Source: Entomortierella parvispora E1425
Lineage: Eukaryota; Fungi; Mortierellomycota
DNA: 64,000 nucleotides
Assembly (NCBI GenBank): GCA_020891255.1
Contig: BQFW01000010.1
Location: forward strand, 682,001-746,000
Direction: 5' to 3'
Part shown: positions 24,600-37,400 of the stretch, in pieces
Layout of the letters: each line of letters starts with the position of its first letter
Position numbering within the stretch: position 1 is the stretch's first letter
Notes under the pieces: model-generated
What the model saw: the letters and a program-made list of their open reading frames with translations, nothing else
Told to the model about the DNA's origin: nothing
Database searches by the model: none
Translations under genes and position numbers: made by a program

Positions 24600-26481
24600 T
24601 CAGTCCTCAAACTGCACAAGGGCCACCTCCTCAAAGTACCGTACACTGCTGTCGCCTTCTTCTCCCGAGGCCGCTGTCTTTCCAAAGCAATCTGCGACAC
24701 AACTGTAAACAAGAACTGTACCCCACTCCATCCCAATGTCAAAAGCCTGCGCACCTTTTCTTTCTTGACTGGCCTGCTTCTCCTGCTCCGAGAGGTACTC
24801 GGCCTTGGTCACATCCAAAAGCGACAAAAGGTTGGGCATGAGTTGGAAATCAAAGCCACGAGGTCCTCCACACGCTTTGCACCGTGGGATCCGGTGTGCT
24901 GATGGCTTTGTGTGCTTGTATGAATGTTGTTTTGTGTTGGGTGGCAGGAGAAGTTGAGCAGTCGCATCACTGTAGGTGAATAACATAGGAGTTCCTGGCA
25001 TAAAGTCATATCGAACACATTGTTCAGGCCAAAGTTGGACTCGCTCCGTAAACTTCTGGAACGCCTTATCTACTCCCTTGGGTAGTGCCTGCTTCTCATA
25101 GGCTTCTCCGCCCCATGTAGCCGGTGCTCCTTTTCCACCCTTGCTGTCTCCCTGAGAGTCGTCGTCGAGATCCACTCCTCCATCAGAGTCATTTCCTTCT
25201 GCCATGGCAAGGAGGTGTCCATACTTTTGTTTGATTTCCTCATCCAGAGCATCCTCTAGGACTTCTTCGGCGTGGTAGAGGTAATATGGCGAGAATCCCG
25301 TAACTCCAGACCAGTCCCTATCAATGGCTTCAATCTCGTCGTCTAGAATTTCGCTCGATGTGGTTTCGGGTTTTGGAATGTTTGACGCAGTGACACCGGC
25401 AAACGATGAAGACGAGGGCTGAGATGATATTTGTGGAGTTGAACCGAATCCTGGTGGTGGGGCAAATGGATTTGATGACCCAACACCTCCAGATGGCTAT
25501 TGTAGCGGAGAGGATTGCATTTAACTTAGTATCAAGTGCATTATTCGAAATAAAGATGTGTGCATAGCAATAGATAACCTACCGCAGCAAATGGGTTACT
25601 GAATCCAGCATTCGCGCCCCCAAACAGAGCATTGCCCATATCAAATGCTGCCGGAGTAGCGAACGGCTATCATGCGAAAACGCAGGTTAGAGATAACGAG
25701 AACATATTATCAGTTGAGTACGCATGTGTGTCGCTTACATTGGCAGCTGGCAATGCAGCTGTTGAGGATGTAGGGGGCTTAGGTTTTTTATCTAGCTTCT
25801 TGGCGTACTCCTTGTTAAGTTTGAGGGCTCGGACAACCTTGAAGCTTTTAAATAAAGAGAACAGCGTCAAAAGTTAATGGCGCTCCACTGAAAACTATGG
25901 TCACATTGGCATCGTATTTCTCACAATTCATCGTCTGTCATGCTTACCTCCCCTTCTTTCGCATGCAAAGTCTTTGGTTGCATGCCCACACGTAGACCAC
26001 ACGGTCATATGGCGATTTCTCCAGGGGTATGTATGCTTGGAGAAGAAGGTACATTTTTCCCTTGCAGCAGTCGCACAGTCCAAACTTTGAAGGGGCTGGT
26101 CGGTCTTGATCCAGCCAGAGCTATAAAGAAAGGAACGACCGTTAGACCTGCATCATCTAATTCTCTTTGTATCATATTCAAGTCGCGCTGACCAAGGCGT
26201 CGACTTACAGGTATGCCTCCAATTTTGGTGATATATGGATCAATGTCGTCTTTAACATCCATAGGCGAATCAGGCAATCCCAACAAGACTGGAGCCAATG
26301 TCGCCTTCTTGGTGTTGCCTCCTTTGTTGCTTTTTTTGTCTCCCTTCGTTGACTTTGCACTTCCAGACTTGCTGCTGGCACTGCTCAAAGTCATGTTCTT
26401 GAATCCAAGTGTTGCTGCATCCACGGCAGTCTTGCTGGCGGATGCGCCTGCATGTTTGCTTCCCGATTGCTTTCTGTCCAT
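24600..26481 (-). CDS. TSR4: TSR4/PDCD2-like protein (PDCD2_C domain), multi-exon
   Basis: N-terminal VLLGLPD...YITKIGGIP; C-terminal DKAFQKFTERVQLWPEQCVRY, IPRCKACGGPRGFDFQLMPNLL, MEWGTVLVYSCVADC. Confidence 0.85.
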
Positions 26482-26678
26482 GTTAAATGAGACGCCAAGA
26501 GAGATGTGCACAAGAGTACACAAGCTAAGTCACCGACACGAAAAAAAAAAGAAAAAAAAGTGACTGCTTGTTGATTTGACTGCCGCCCTGAAGATCACGT
26601 GTAACGGCACCTTTCAGTCAATGGTTGCATGCAATTTCGAGATCTCTTAATCAGTTATACAATCGACTAGGCACAGGA

Positions 26679-27942
26679 ATGGATCAAGAAGGTACGACAG
26701 GAAGCACCTTTGTCTGCTGAATGAAGAACACCATTATACTCTCTAGGAAACATCATCGTCTTTTAAAGAGCTGATTCTGCAACAACCATTCTCCAAGCTA
26801 ACCAACCGGGCATGCATGTCGTTAGACAATATTATCAGGACGCGTCTCAGTGTGAACGAGCGACCTCTCAGGAGACTCGCCACCCGCTACCAGAAATGGG
26901 TCACAGGCCTCTCCGATGGATCAGAGCAAGACATGTAATCCTTAATTGCAAAGCAAAGGACATCTGAAATCTTGTGGCCACTACTTTCTATCTTTACTAA
27001 TGGATCGACCCGTTCTCTGTTTTTTTTTGTATCTGCAACAGCGGCGGAAGTTTAGAATCTCTTTTACTTGAAATATCATATTTTGAGCTAGGCCTCTCGA
27101 AATCAAAACTAGTTATGGAGATGGCAGAAAGGGAACGGATCCATTACGACCAAGAACAACAAGGAATTCTGAACAGTATTGTAGTATCTCAGGCAGAGCT
27201 GGAGGATTTGGCCCAGGAGTTGGAGGTCGCAAAAAGAGAAAGAACACACAAAATCCAATACGACGAACTGGCGCTAGAGCTCGGAAAGTTCCCAAGCAGA
27301 GAGGCCAGTCAGGCCTCGATTGCGGCATTGGAGGCTGAGATCCAGGAGCTTGAATGGGAATCGAGGCAACAAGACTTGGCCATGACACAGAGAAAGCAGC
27401 AATTTGACATGGCGCTCCAATCCTTAGCGACCATGCAGGAATCGATTCAGCAGGAGCAGCTGGATGTTGTGAAGCGACAATTCTTGAAGCGGACGACACA
27501 AGAAGACGACGATGCCCTGGACGAGGAAGAAGAAGGGTTTGTCGAAACACAGGGAGAAAATGGCACTGCACAATCAACAGAGAATACAGCTGCCAAGGCC
27601 GCAACTCCAGCTGCAGATGACCAGCAGGAACAACAAGAGTCAGAAGACCAACAGCCGCCATCTGCGGAAGGGCTTGAGCGAGTTTTATCTATGGAGGGTC
27701 ATCATCGACACTCTTCATCCTCGGATCGATCAAGAAGAGGTGGATCGGAAAGCCCAAGGGATCTGGATTCGCCTAACATGAGTGTTATCGTTTCAGAGTC
27801 GACAACCGATGGGGGGGGTGACGTCTTTGTCGTTGACCTTCAAAATCACTCAACATCGACGCCTACAAACCTGTCATTGAGCTTGGAACGAGCCAGTGCG
27901 TCAACATCACCGTCTGGATCACGGACAAGCACTCCCAAGTAG
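26679..27942 (+). CDS. THOC7: THO complex subunit 7 (THOC7/Mft1-like) with acidic tail, 3 exons
   Basis: MDQE|DNIIRTRLSVNERPLRRLATRY; then LEISYFELGLSKSKLVMEMAERERIHY...LEVAKRERTHKIQYDELA, a THOC7-type coiled coil. Confidence 0.82.
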
Positions 27943-28360
27943 TGAATCCAGAATTATCCAAATGGGCAGTTGACAAGATCATTGCTAAATAAAAGTGCCA
28001 AGAAAGTGGAGACAACAGCATACGCTTGCAAAGCAAGATCTGTCCAGGTGGATCGAATGCCCGGAAAGAGCCCTTGGCAAGCCACGAAAACAGGGACACA
28101 GACCCCCATTGCCCCGCATTTTTCTTTATCTCGTGGAGTCTGCAACAGCAGAGGGTTGAGAGCACAGGAGGTATGCTTCCGGCATGGAACCCACCTTTCC
28201 TTCTCTGTGCACAACAGCAAGTTCCTGCATAGCTCCCTTTTGCAGTTGATTCCCATGGAGAATCACTCCTCCTCGCGCATCCTCTCTTCATTGCCACTTG
28301 CATCGTCTTTACCCTCCTTCCTCCCATCCGCTGGTGCGTCAAGAGCTCAGCAGCATCGAC

Positions 28361-30247
28361 ATGGCCACAGAGAATTCCGTGGTAAGCCATGTCTCGACCG
28401 ATGCGCCTCCTTTGCCAGAAGTGAATCCTCCTGAGGAATCTCCTATGGTGGAATCCCTTTCCCTGGAGACATCTGTTCAAGAGACCATCTCACTAGACGA
28501 TAGTGAAGCTGTCCAAGACGAGAGCGAGGTTGCCCCAATACCCGCCACAGATCCTCAGCCCCATACATGTCCAGAAAACCCAGCTCGACCACCTTCGTTC
28601 CACCGTTACTCCCAGGAACCTCGTCCACCCCCTGGACATCCAACCGAGCCGTTGGCTCCTTCTCTGTTATCACCCATCAGCAGTAATGATGACAGTTCAG
28701 TGGACTCTCCCGACATAGTCTCCTCACCTCATCCTCGCCTCCCTCCTCTGTCCCTTGGCGCTCTTTCCAACTTCCACCCCCAGCGCGCGAATGGTCCGGC
28801 ATTCTCCTCGGCAGACGAGCCTCCTCCATATTCGCCTACACATACCATTCTCCCACATTACTTTTCGCTAGAGCCCATACCAGTGCGTTCCTACATCATC
28901 AAGGACTCCACATCGCTCCCCTTCATGTTTGATTTTTGGCTATGCTCTACCACCAATTCCAACCCTTTTCATGAGCAAGCAACCGCGTCTTTGTCGGCCT
29001 CAATGTCTCCGATACCCACTGCCGCCGCCACCACCAACACCACTCCTGAATCGCGCCCTCACTCACCCACGCTACAACTTCAAGAACGAGGTTTGGCTTC
29101 ACAACAGCATCAGAACGAGCTCAAATATTGCATCATCCGACCAACACACACCGATCGAACAGCAATTCCTTTGAATGGCTCTACCGGCCCAAATGCCTAT
29201 TTCATTCCAGCATTGGCACTTGTGGCTGCAAATTATCCCTCAAGATGGATTTGGTGGGGGACAGAGGCTTTGCAATTGGTGGTTTTTGGCCGCAATCTCA
29301 AGAACATCGTGATGGAGTGGCGGTGGAAACATGGTCGGACAAGGATCGGAGGGCCAATCGTTCATCGACTAGTCGGCTGCAGCTTCCGTGTGACACCCGA
29401 CCGGAGGTATTGCTGGAAACAAGGAACAGGCAAGAGGAGATCTACCACTCACTCCACGGAGAATGGTCGCCGCACAGGTCGTTCTTCGGGAATAGGCACG
29501 CAAAGCCGTAGAGAGGTGTCTGGAAGTTCCGGTCTCGTGTCAAATGGTGGCGGAAGCTGGTTTGGAACCTTCTTTTCAAGAGGTCGCGTTCCTACCGATT
29601 TTACCACTGCAGACACAACCGACATCCCTTTGGGTAATGTTCATCCCCTACCTACCTTAAATGAACAGGACACTATAGCTGACCGACAAGAGCATACACT
29701 AGATGAAGATGAGGATGGTGATGAGGAACTAGGCTGCTATCACTGTAGAGAGGAGAGTCCAAGCGGTGTCACGGGAAGGATTGTTGCCATTTACAAGCCA
29801 GGAAGACCTGCAAACCGTGCTCGAGATCGGCCGGCTACCTCTCGCAAACTGGAGATCTATACCGAATTGGGTGAGCGATGCGAGACAGCAATGATGCTTA
29901 TGTGCACTCGTCTTGAGGACTTGTTCGTGTCTGTTCCAGAGCAAAAAAAGGGGCCTTTTATTGTCCGTTCTCGGCAAGAGGCGCCCTCGACAGAGAATGG
30001 GACCGAGGCAGGCGCTGACAATGGAGAAGTGGCCGAGATTGGAAATGAACAGGAGCGTGGCGAGGGTCTAGAGCTGGATGCAACTGAGCTATCGATCCAG
30101 AGGTCACGGTCGCTCCAGTCCATGTCTTTGAAGCAACGGATCGTTGGGACAAAGGCAGCTTGGAAGATGCGCGTCAAGTGGATTGTCGCGGCGGTACTGA
30201 TTGCAGTTGTGGCCGTGCTCGTATTTAAGCCAAAGTCTAGCCATTGA
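28361..30247 (+). CDS. Uncharacterised protein with Pro/Ser-rich N-terminus, PPPY motif and C-terminal TM helix
   Basis: ORF 28298-30247 with likely ATG at 28361; EPPPYSP; C-terminal WIVAAVLIAVVAVLVFKPKSSH*; AATAAA just after the stop. Confidence 0.8.
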   Translation: MATENSVVSHVSTDAPPLPEVNPPEESPMVESLSLETSVQETISLDDSEAVQDESEVAPIPATDPQPHTCPENPARPPSFHRYSQEPRPPPGHPTEPLAPSLLSPISSNDDSSVDSPDIVSSPHPRLPPLSLGALSNFHPQRANGPAFSSADEPPPYSPTHTILPHYFSLEPIPVRSYIIKDSTSLPFMFDFWLCSTTNSNPFHEQATASLSASMSPIPTAAATTNTTPESRPHSPTLQLQERGLASQQHQNELKYCIIRPTHTDRTAIPLNGSTGPNAYFIPALALVAANYPSRWIWWGTEALQLVVFGRNLKNIVMEWRWKHGRTRIGGPIVHRLVGCSFRVTPDRRYCWKQGTGKRRSTTHSTENGRRTGRSSGIGTQSRREVSGSSGLVSNGGGSWFGTFFSRGRVPTDFTTADTTDIPLGNVHPLPTLNEQDTIADRQEHTLDEDEDGDEELGCYHCREESPSGVTGRIVAIYKPGRPANRARDRPATSRKLEIYTELGERCETAMMLMCTRLEDLFVSVPEQKKGPFIVRSRQEAPSTENGTEAGADNGEVAEIGNEQERGEGLELDATELSIQRSRSLQSMSLKQRIVGTKAAWKMRVKWIVAAVLIAVVAVLVFKPKSSH

Positions 30248-30393
30248 GTGCAAAGCAATAAAAGTTTATAAAACGCATCCAGGGTCCCCTTATGCAGCCC
30301 CACTCGAATGAGTGAGCAGGAAATAAAAGATCCCGTTGTAGTGTGTATCTCCTGATACATGAAATTGGTTTAAGACCATTCACGAAGAGGAAT

Positions 30394-30516
30394 CCACATT
30401 ACAAACAGGTATACTTACAAGCGGTATGAAAAAGTCGAGGAAGGAGGAATGCAACCACATTACAAACAGGTATACTTACAAGCGGTATGAAAAAGTCGAG
30501 GAAGGAGGAATGCAAC
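30394..30516. repeat. 61-bp tandem duplication (2 copies)
   Basis: CCACATTACAAACAGGTATACTTACAAGCGGTATGAAAAAGTCGAGGAAGGAGGAATGCAA begins at 30394 and again at 30455. Confidence 0.95.
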
Positions 30517-31720
30517 GAGGACAATCTGCCGGTGCTTTTGAATTGTCCAAGTCCCACAGCAATGAGGACATGGTTTGCTGGTTTCCGGTGCTCTCCTAGT
30601 CTCCCTCTGACCACACCAAGTAGTCTGGCTGCAATAGCCTGAAACTCCATTTTCTGTGCCCGCCTCAGATGCCACCGGTGCCTTTTAAACCGGTGCCTCT
30701 TTCCTCCGTAGAAGTTCAACAGGCGCTCTTCCACTGTCCCCTCATCTCCCTCCACAAGGTGTGGGCCATCTTCTTTAGTCTATAGGTATTTGTGGTAGTT
30801 GGCGACACTTGCTGAATGGCCACAAAGAGGCGGAAGACGCGACTCCAAATCAGTGACTGATTGGGCTTGACCTTCTGCTTTTAACCCCTTTTCTTCCTCT
30901 AGCCATCGTCTATGGCGGAAGACTGGTTCATTAGCGGCCTTTTGATTAACGGTGAGGTTGTATGGGCGTGGGGGTCCTCGGGCAGATGGGTATACGCGCC
31001 CACAACAAACGCCTGCCCTGCGTTCAATGTCAATATCTTGACGTCTTTTGCTTTAGCGCCCGGAAATAGGCGCTCAACATCGTCTGAAGTCCAAATGACG
31101 TTGCGAATTTCAGTCAAGAAGTAGTCTGTGTCCCTTAACGTACTTGTTATCCTTTCCGGCAAAAGGTCCTGAGAGAGCCTTCGGTATTGGACAGCTTGCA
31201 GCTCCTTCAGTTTAAATACCAACAGTTATCCCAAAGTCATCTGTCCGCACTATACCACGCGAGATACAGCCGTCCTTAATGTACGACTTCGGATCAAATC
31301 CAGGCTGGTCAAACTTTTCCAGGTGCTCCCCAAGGGTTGCTGTGGACTTCAACTTAATTCTAGCACGAGAGCTCGGCCTGCCTTTTGGCTACTGCTCGAG
31401 CTGATGTCTGGGATATAGTTGTTGATGAAAAAGCCTGGGGTCTTGGTCCCAATCCAAATCTGGATCTCGTCCAAGGTCCTGAAAAATCCATCCTTGCCAG
31501 GCAAATCCAGTAGGTTCTTCTGCAAAAGTCCTCATCTCCTGTACAGTAAAAGAATCCTGCCAATTCGCGCTCGCTAAATTCGAGGTTTGGCTGGTCTGAT
31601 GAGGTTATTGGGACGATTCGTGGGATTTGTAAAATGTCTGTTGAGGGCAAGATAGTTTTCCATGGCTGACATCTCCTCTCTAATTTGAATGTCCACCATC
31701 GATACTGCCAAAAGGCCTTT
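30485..31720 (-). pseudogene. Degenerate Fanzor/TnpB-like RuvC gene fragment (transposon-associated), 3'-truncated
   Basis: Stitched across several frameshifts and a TAG (30780-30782): SAMENYLALN / RIVPITSSDQPNLEFSERELAGFF / IWIGTKTPGFFI / FDPKSYIKDGCISRGIVRTDDF / VFKLKELQAVQYRRL...DYFLTEIRNV...KILTLNAGQAFVVGAY (RuvC-I-like) / NLTVNQKAANEPVFRHRRWLEEEK...LESRLPPL / FYGGKRHRFKRHRWHLRRAQKMEF...VLIAVGLGQFKSTGRLSSLHSSF. The family assignment is from recall, not a search. Confidence 0.65.
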
Positions 31721-31903
31721 GCCAGTTGCGCCGCCAACTGAAATTTAACCGCTGTCCCAAATCGCTGTCCAGACGCCCACGCACCCATTGGAGTCACATG
31801 ACAACCCAAGGGGTGCATGTGTTGTGTCTCTTCTCCTTTTGCCCTTCTTTCTCTTCGACACACTTCCACCGCAACCCCGTTCCCAACAGATATCACAACA
31901 GCC

Positions 31904-34429
31904 ATGGCCGACCCCAGCAAGCAAGAGATCCAGGACATCTTCAAGAAGCTGTCTCAACAGCGCGCCAACAAGGTAATACGCCACGATCTCCGCCACACGG
32001 TCTCTTCTCTGAGCAGGGGCCTGTGAGCAGGCGTGCGACGTGGCAGAGGGTTCTGCATGTATGCATGCATTCATTTTAACTCATTCTTTTCAAAAAAATG
32101 CCTCTTGACCCTCATGTCTAGAACTGCTTCGACTGTCATGCCAGCATTGACAACAACTGTTGGGCTAGCATTCCCTTTGGCATCTTTCTTTGCACCGACT
32201 GTGGAGCGCTGCATCGCAGCTTTGGAACACATATCAGCTTTGTGCGGTAAGCATGTTGGTCTGGTGCTGCTGTTCTTTCTACCAGGATACCTCGACGCCA
32301 GGACGCCGGTTATTACATGTGGGATGTAGGGTCGCAGTCGAGGTGTGGATCGAGGTTTGGGTCGGAGTGTACCCGTGTCTGGCTCCAAACTACGTGGCGA
32401 TTGGGAGCACCGTCACGTCTTTGCGGAGGTCGAGTGAGTTGAGCACTTGGACAGGGTATCCTTTTTTTTTTTTTTTGCTCATGCTCTGCTTCGAGCCCAG
32501 ATCATACTGCAGAACACAGATGCCCTTGGGCGCCTTCTTTCATCCCTTGATTTCTGTGCCCCCCGATTCAAGAATGTGGTGGCTGACTCGGTGAAAATCG
32601 TGAGAGAAAAAAAAAAGGGAAGAGGAAAAAATGCGCGAGTATGCGCGAGTCTCCTCCCAGTGGGGTCAAAGCTTACTGTGGCCAGGCTCTCAGTACAGTC
32701 CACCTTCTTGGGAAAGTTGGGACGTGCCTTTGCAGTCACTTGCTGGGGTTGCCGATTTGTTTTCATTATCATAGCAGAGATCGAATAATTGTCAACGCTA
32801 ACATAATTCTGATTATTTTACATCATCGCTGTCTTGTATATCAGCTCGACGGTCCTAGATAAATGGACTTGGGAACAACTGAGGGCAATGACCTTGGGAG
32901 GCAACGCTGCCGCCAAGGAGCACTTCAACAAGTATCCGGGTTCTGATTCAAAGGACGTGAAGACAAAGTACTCTGGCAAAGCTGGAATAGCTTACAAAGA
33001 GAAGCTCGCCCAGAAAGTAAAAGAAGACATGCTCCTGTAAGTGCAGACAGTAATGCTTTACCTCATCTGTATTTTCAGAGTACAGATTCATTAACAAACG
33101 TGCCTTTATTGTGATTTTCCATTAACTTAGTCACCCTGGTAAAAGTATCCTGGATCAACACACAGAGGAGAATGGAAAATCAGCTGCGCTTACGCCAGCC
33201 TCATCTGCTAGTGGGGATGACGATTTTTTCAACACCTGGAATCAACCAAAGAAGGCAACCTCCCCTACCACATCCAGTTCTGCTTCATCTATGGCGCCGC
33301 CTATAGTTGGCCTAGGAGCCTCGTTGAATAGGTCTGGAAGCACTTCTTCTACCCCTAGCAGCACTCTTTCTGCCTCTCGACCTGCCAAATCCACACTAAC
33401 CTCTGCCAGGAAGACAGGCATGGCATCGAAGCCCATGAAGCTCGGTGCCAAAAAGGCGGGAACAATCAATTTTGAGGAGGCAGAGGCCCGTGCTCGAGCG
33501 GAGGCTGAACGAATCGAGAAGCTAGGCTTTGAGGCAGCAGAAGAAGAGAGACTGCAAAAGATAGCGAACGAAAAGGCAAGAGCTGATGCTGCCAATGCCG
33601 CAGTATTGGGCGGATCTTCTGGTAGCGGTGGAGCAGAAGCTGGTGCACGATCGAATTACTACCAATCCAACACTGCCAACAAGTCAAGAGCGTCGTCTGA
33701 AGACATGGAGCGTCTTGGAATGGGCATGGGAAGGATGGGCTTTGGCGCCGCACCTGCCAAGGCGTCATCGACGACTCAAAGCCGATCCGGATTTGGAGGC
33801 ATGGGAAGTTATTCTCCTCAAGTAGAAGGTTAGTGATAGTTTGCTTTCAAGTTAAGTATCGAAAAACTGAATCCAGGAACTCTAACAGCCCAATTTCCAT
33901 CCCGCAGAAAATTCGACAGCAGCGCGGGAAAAATTTGGAGGCCAAAAAGCAATTTCTTCGGATCAGTACTTTGGTCGAAACCAATATGACGCCGATGCAC
34001 AGGCAGAAGCCTCGAGCCGACTCCAGAACTTCTCAGGTGCCACCAGTATCAGCAGCAACCAATACTTTGGTCGGCCAGAAGATTCTCCCACTCTTGGGAG
34101 CGATGGTGAGACTTAATTTTTCTTTCTAGGTTCTGAACTTATTTTTCTTATTCACACTCTGCCACTATACCATTTCTCTCCATAGTTTCGTTATCAACGT
34201 TGAGTAATCTATCAGGATCCGAGTTTGCCAAGAAACTGGGACAAGCGGATCTTGCCACACTGAAGAATGCAGTCCAGACCGGTGCTGGCAAGGTACGCTT
34301 CTGTGCTTTTACCAAAGATGACTTGTAGCCAAGTGAGGTTGATACTAACACCAAAAACTTTTTGCGATTTACTACTATTAGTTGACTGATATTCTTCAGG
34401 ACATGCAAGCACGTTACAACAACTACTAG
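31904..34429 (+). CDS. GLO3: ARF GTPase-activating protein, GLO3/ArfGAP2-3 type, multi-exon
   Basis: [23 protein letters not shown]|NCFDC...[25 protein letters not shown] (CxxC-x16-CxxC zinc finger); [23 protein letters not shown]; KPMKLGAKK; [13 protein letters not shown]-type Glo3 motifs; ends [11 protein letters not shown]. Confidence 0.92.
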
Positions 34430-34483
34430 GGTTTATCGAGTTGATATAAAAGAAGTCTTTCTTATACATATTTTATGACAAAT

Positions 34484-37400
34484 TTACATAAGCGGAGGTT
34501 GGCTCTGCTGCTGTTGTGGACGCTGTTGCTGCAGAATTTGCAGCTCTGCATCAATGGCTCTTGAGATAAAGTCTCTTCTGGACGAAAGATCCGTGCCCAA
34601 GATGCCCTCCAGCTGCGTCCTGATTTTTTTCTTGGTCACTGTCATCAAGTCCACGCCCGTCAATAACCTCCTGATATGCGCTTGTATATCAGCGTCGGTA
34701 ACTGCCGAATCAGACCCTGCAAGTCCCGATTGGATGACTGGCAGAGGACTAGATGAAGGCGTGAAAATCATAGGGCCTATGACGGGCGATGAAGTTGCCG
34801 CCGACGACTGCTGCAGGAACTGCTGTTGTTGAATCAACTGTTGCTCGAGCTGTGGGTTGTACTGCTGCTGAGGCAGTTGTGAGGGATTCAAAAGAGGGGT
34901 TCCGAGCGTCATGCCCAAGCCCATCGTTGCCTGACTGAACTGATTCAACTCAATCATGCCCGGCTGATGGGATGCGGACGACATCATGGAGCCTCTCTGC
35001 TGCACCCTGTTCTGGGGATCCATAAAAGGTCCTCCTCCGTAGCTCACAAACGGCGATTCATTGCCTCCGCTAGCAGGTGGGAGAGGCGATGTTGACCGGG
35101 GGCGACCTCCGGCAGATCCTGGAAGGAAATTTGTCGGTATTTGGGAAGGTACACGAGAGTGACTAGGATTATTGAGCTGGATTGCGTTCGAGTCTCGGTA
35201 GTAGTCGTGCAACACCTCCTCGCCAAATCCTCCTCCGCCTCCATAGCCAGAGTAGACACTCTTGTTATTATCGCCTCCAATGACACTTCCGCCATCATAG
35301 TGATGAGGTAAAGGTGAGGGTGTTCCCGATCGACCATAGAGCGAATCCAACTTTGTGTACTGGTTTGACTGGTAGGCTCCTCCTCCTGCAATCATTCCAG
35401 CATGGTCGTAGCGTCCCATCACTGATCCAGTTTCATCTTGATAATTCGATCCAACCACTGAGCCGTTACCATCCATGTAGTAACCACCACCAGTGACACT
35501 ACCATTGTTCATCATCATAAGTCTCTCCGCTTCATAGGCTTCCAGGCTCTTGAGGGGGATAGAGTTGGGGTCAAATCGAGTCTGAGCCTCAGCCGCCATA
35601 ACCATCTTTTTACCATCGGCGCCGACGACCTGTCTAGTGTTTCCCCAAGAGAAATCATCGAAATGCCAGAACGAGTAGAGCGGAATGAAGACGGAGAAGA
35701 AAGGCATCGCAATGATGTAGATGATCATCCATCCAATATGTTGCCAAGCTCCCTTGAGAATGAAAATCAACGCCTGCAATCCATAAACGGCCGCCAAGAT
35801 GGCTACGGCGACAATCGGAAGTGGTTGCACATGGGTAGCGACGACAATGATCAAGTAAACCAGGTACACGAAAGAAGCCGGCAAGATCAACGTTCCCAAG
35901 AGATCAATAAGAACAATAAATCGCATCGAGAAACAACAAAATCCGCAAAGCTCTGACAGGACCATGAGCTCCCCCAAGTTGTGAATTGTAGAGTTGATCC
36001 ATCGGCGACGTTGAGACAACAGAACTCTCCATCGGTCGGGGGCAACGGTCTTGCAGGTGGCATCGGGAGTGAACTTGAGCTTGAAGTTCGGGAAGTATTT
36101 CATCATCAGCGTAGTCAAGTAACGATCCTCTCCCAAGTGCAGTAAATTCTTCTTGTGCAGCGTGTCCACATCGTTATGACTGTAGTCGTGCACGATCTTG
36201 TTGGAGATGATCAATGGCTTGCCGGCGACAGTCAAGATTCGGTACATTGAGAAACATCCGGGCAGACAGGTCACGGACCCAAATAGCGATTCGAAAGACT
36301 TTGCAAGATGATGCGAGATATAGTATTCGTAGACCTGAATCATGGTTGTGAATGATCGGTCCTCGTTGGCCACTTGAGTCTCTCCGCACAGCCCAATCAC
36401 CTTGGAATCTGCTACCATGCAAGCGACTAGTCGGTTCAAAGAATCAGGCATAACCTCAGTATCGGCATCCACTTGAAGGATGTACTATTTTCCAAGCAAA
36501 AAAGGTGTTAATAACAAAACTAGCCTGTTGTGGGTTTATAAAAGCAAAGGTTACACGTGGCTGTACCTCATAGAGATTGGGGTGGACACCGATGATATGC
36601 TTCATATGATGGTACATTTCCAGCTCCAGCGGACACATCTTCTTGCCAGTGTGGATACTGTTCAAGAAGTTCATAAGAATCAACTGTGAATCGCGCTTTC
36701 CTCGGTTTCCTGGCTTTGCAGTCTCGTTGGGCATGCCAACCTTGGCCACGACCAAATAAGGGACCATATGGCCCTCAAACTCGTATAATCCCGAGTAAAC
36801 CTTGCATTGGTTCAGCTGCTGTCCTCCAATTCCCAATGCCTTGTAGGCCACAGGCTCGACATCAACTCCTTCGGTAGGTTGCCATCCAAGCACATCTAGG
36901 ACAATCTTGGGTGTCGGGTAGTCATTTCCTGATCCAACAATCATTCCGTCGGCAATGACCATTAGAAGCTTTCGCTTGTCGTCGTATTGCAGTGCTGCTA
37001 GGGAGTTCAATGTCTTTCGAAGTGATTCCTCGCCTTCCGTGTAACAGGGCACCTGACAGATTACAAACTTGTCGTAGTCAATTGGCTCGCGCTTTGACGT
37101 CAACTGCAGGGCAGCCAAGAACTTAATCAAGATGACACCACCCATCAGAGCTGAGGCAGCAACTAGGACCCAGTTGCCAAACTGACACTTCACCGAGTTT
37201 CGCTCGTCCAAAACGCCTACATAGAAGGCTCGATTGAGGCAAGTCAGGGTATCCGACTGGACCTGCTTCGACAGTTGTTTGAACTGTTTCGTAATGTCTG
37301 TGCCATAGTTGTTTGTGAAGAGGTCAACAACGTTTTTGTCCAAGAAGGCCGTAAATGAGGGGTCCGGAATGAAGCCGGGTGGAGGGTTGGTGTTGACGAC

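Noticed and set aside
26595-26601. TCACGTG (bHLH/Cbf1-like site) in the TSR4-THOC7 bidirectional promoter
   Set aside because: A single 7-mer occurs often by chance; there is no independent support.
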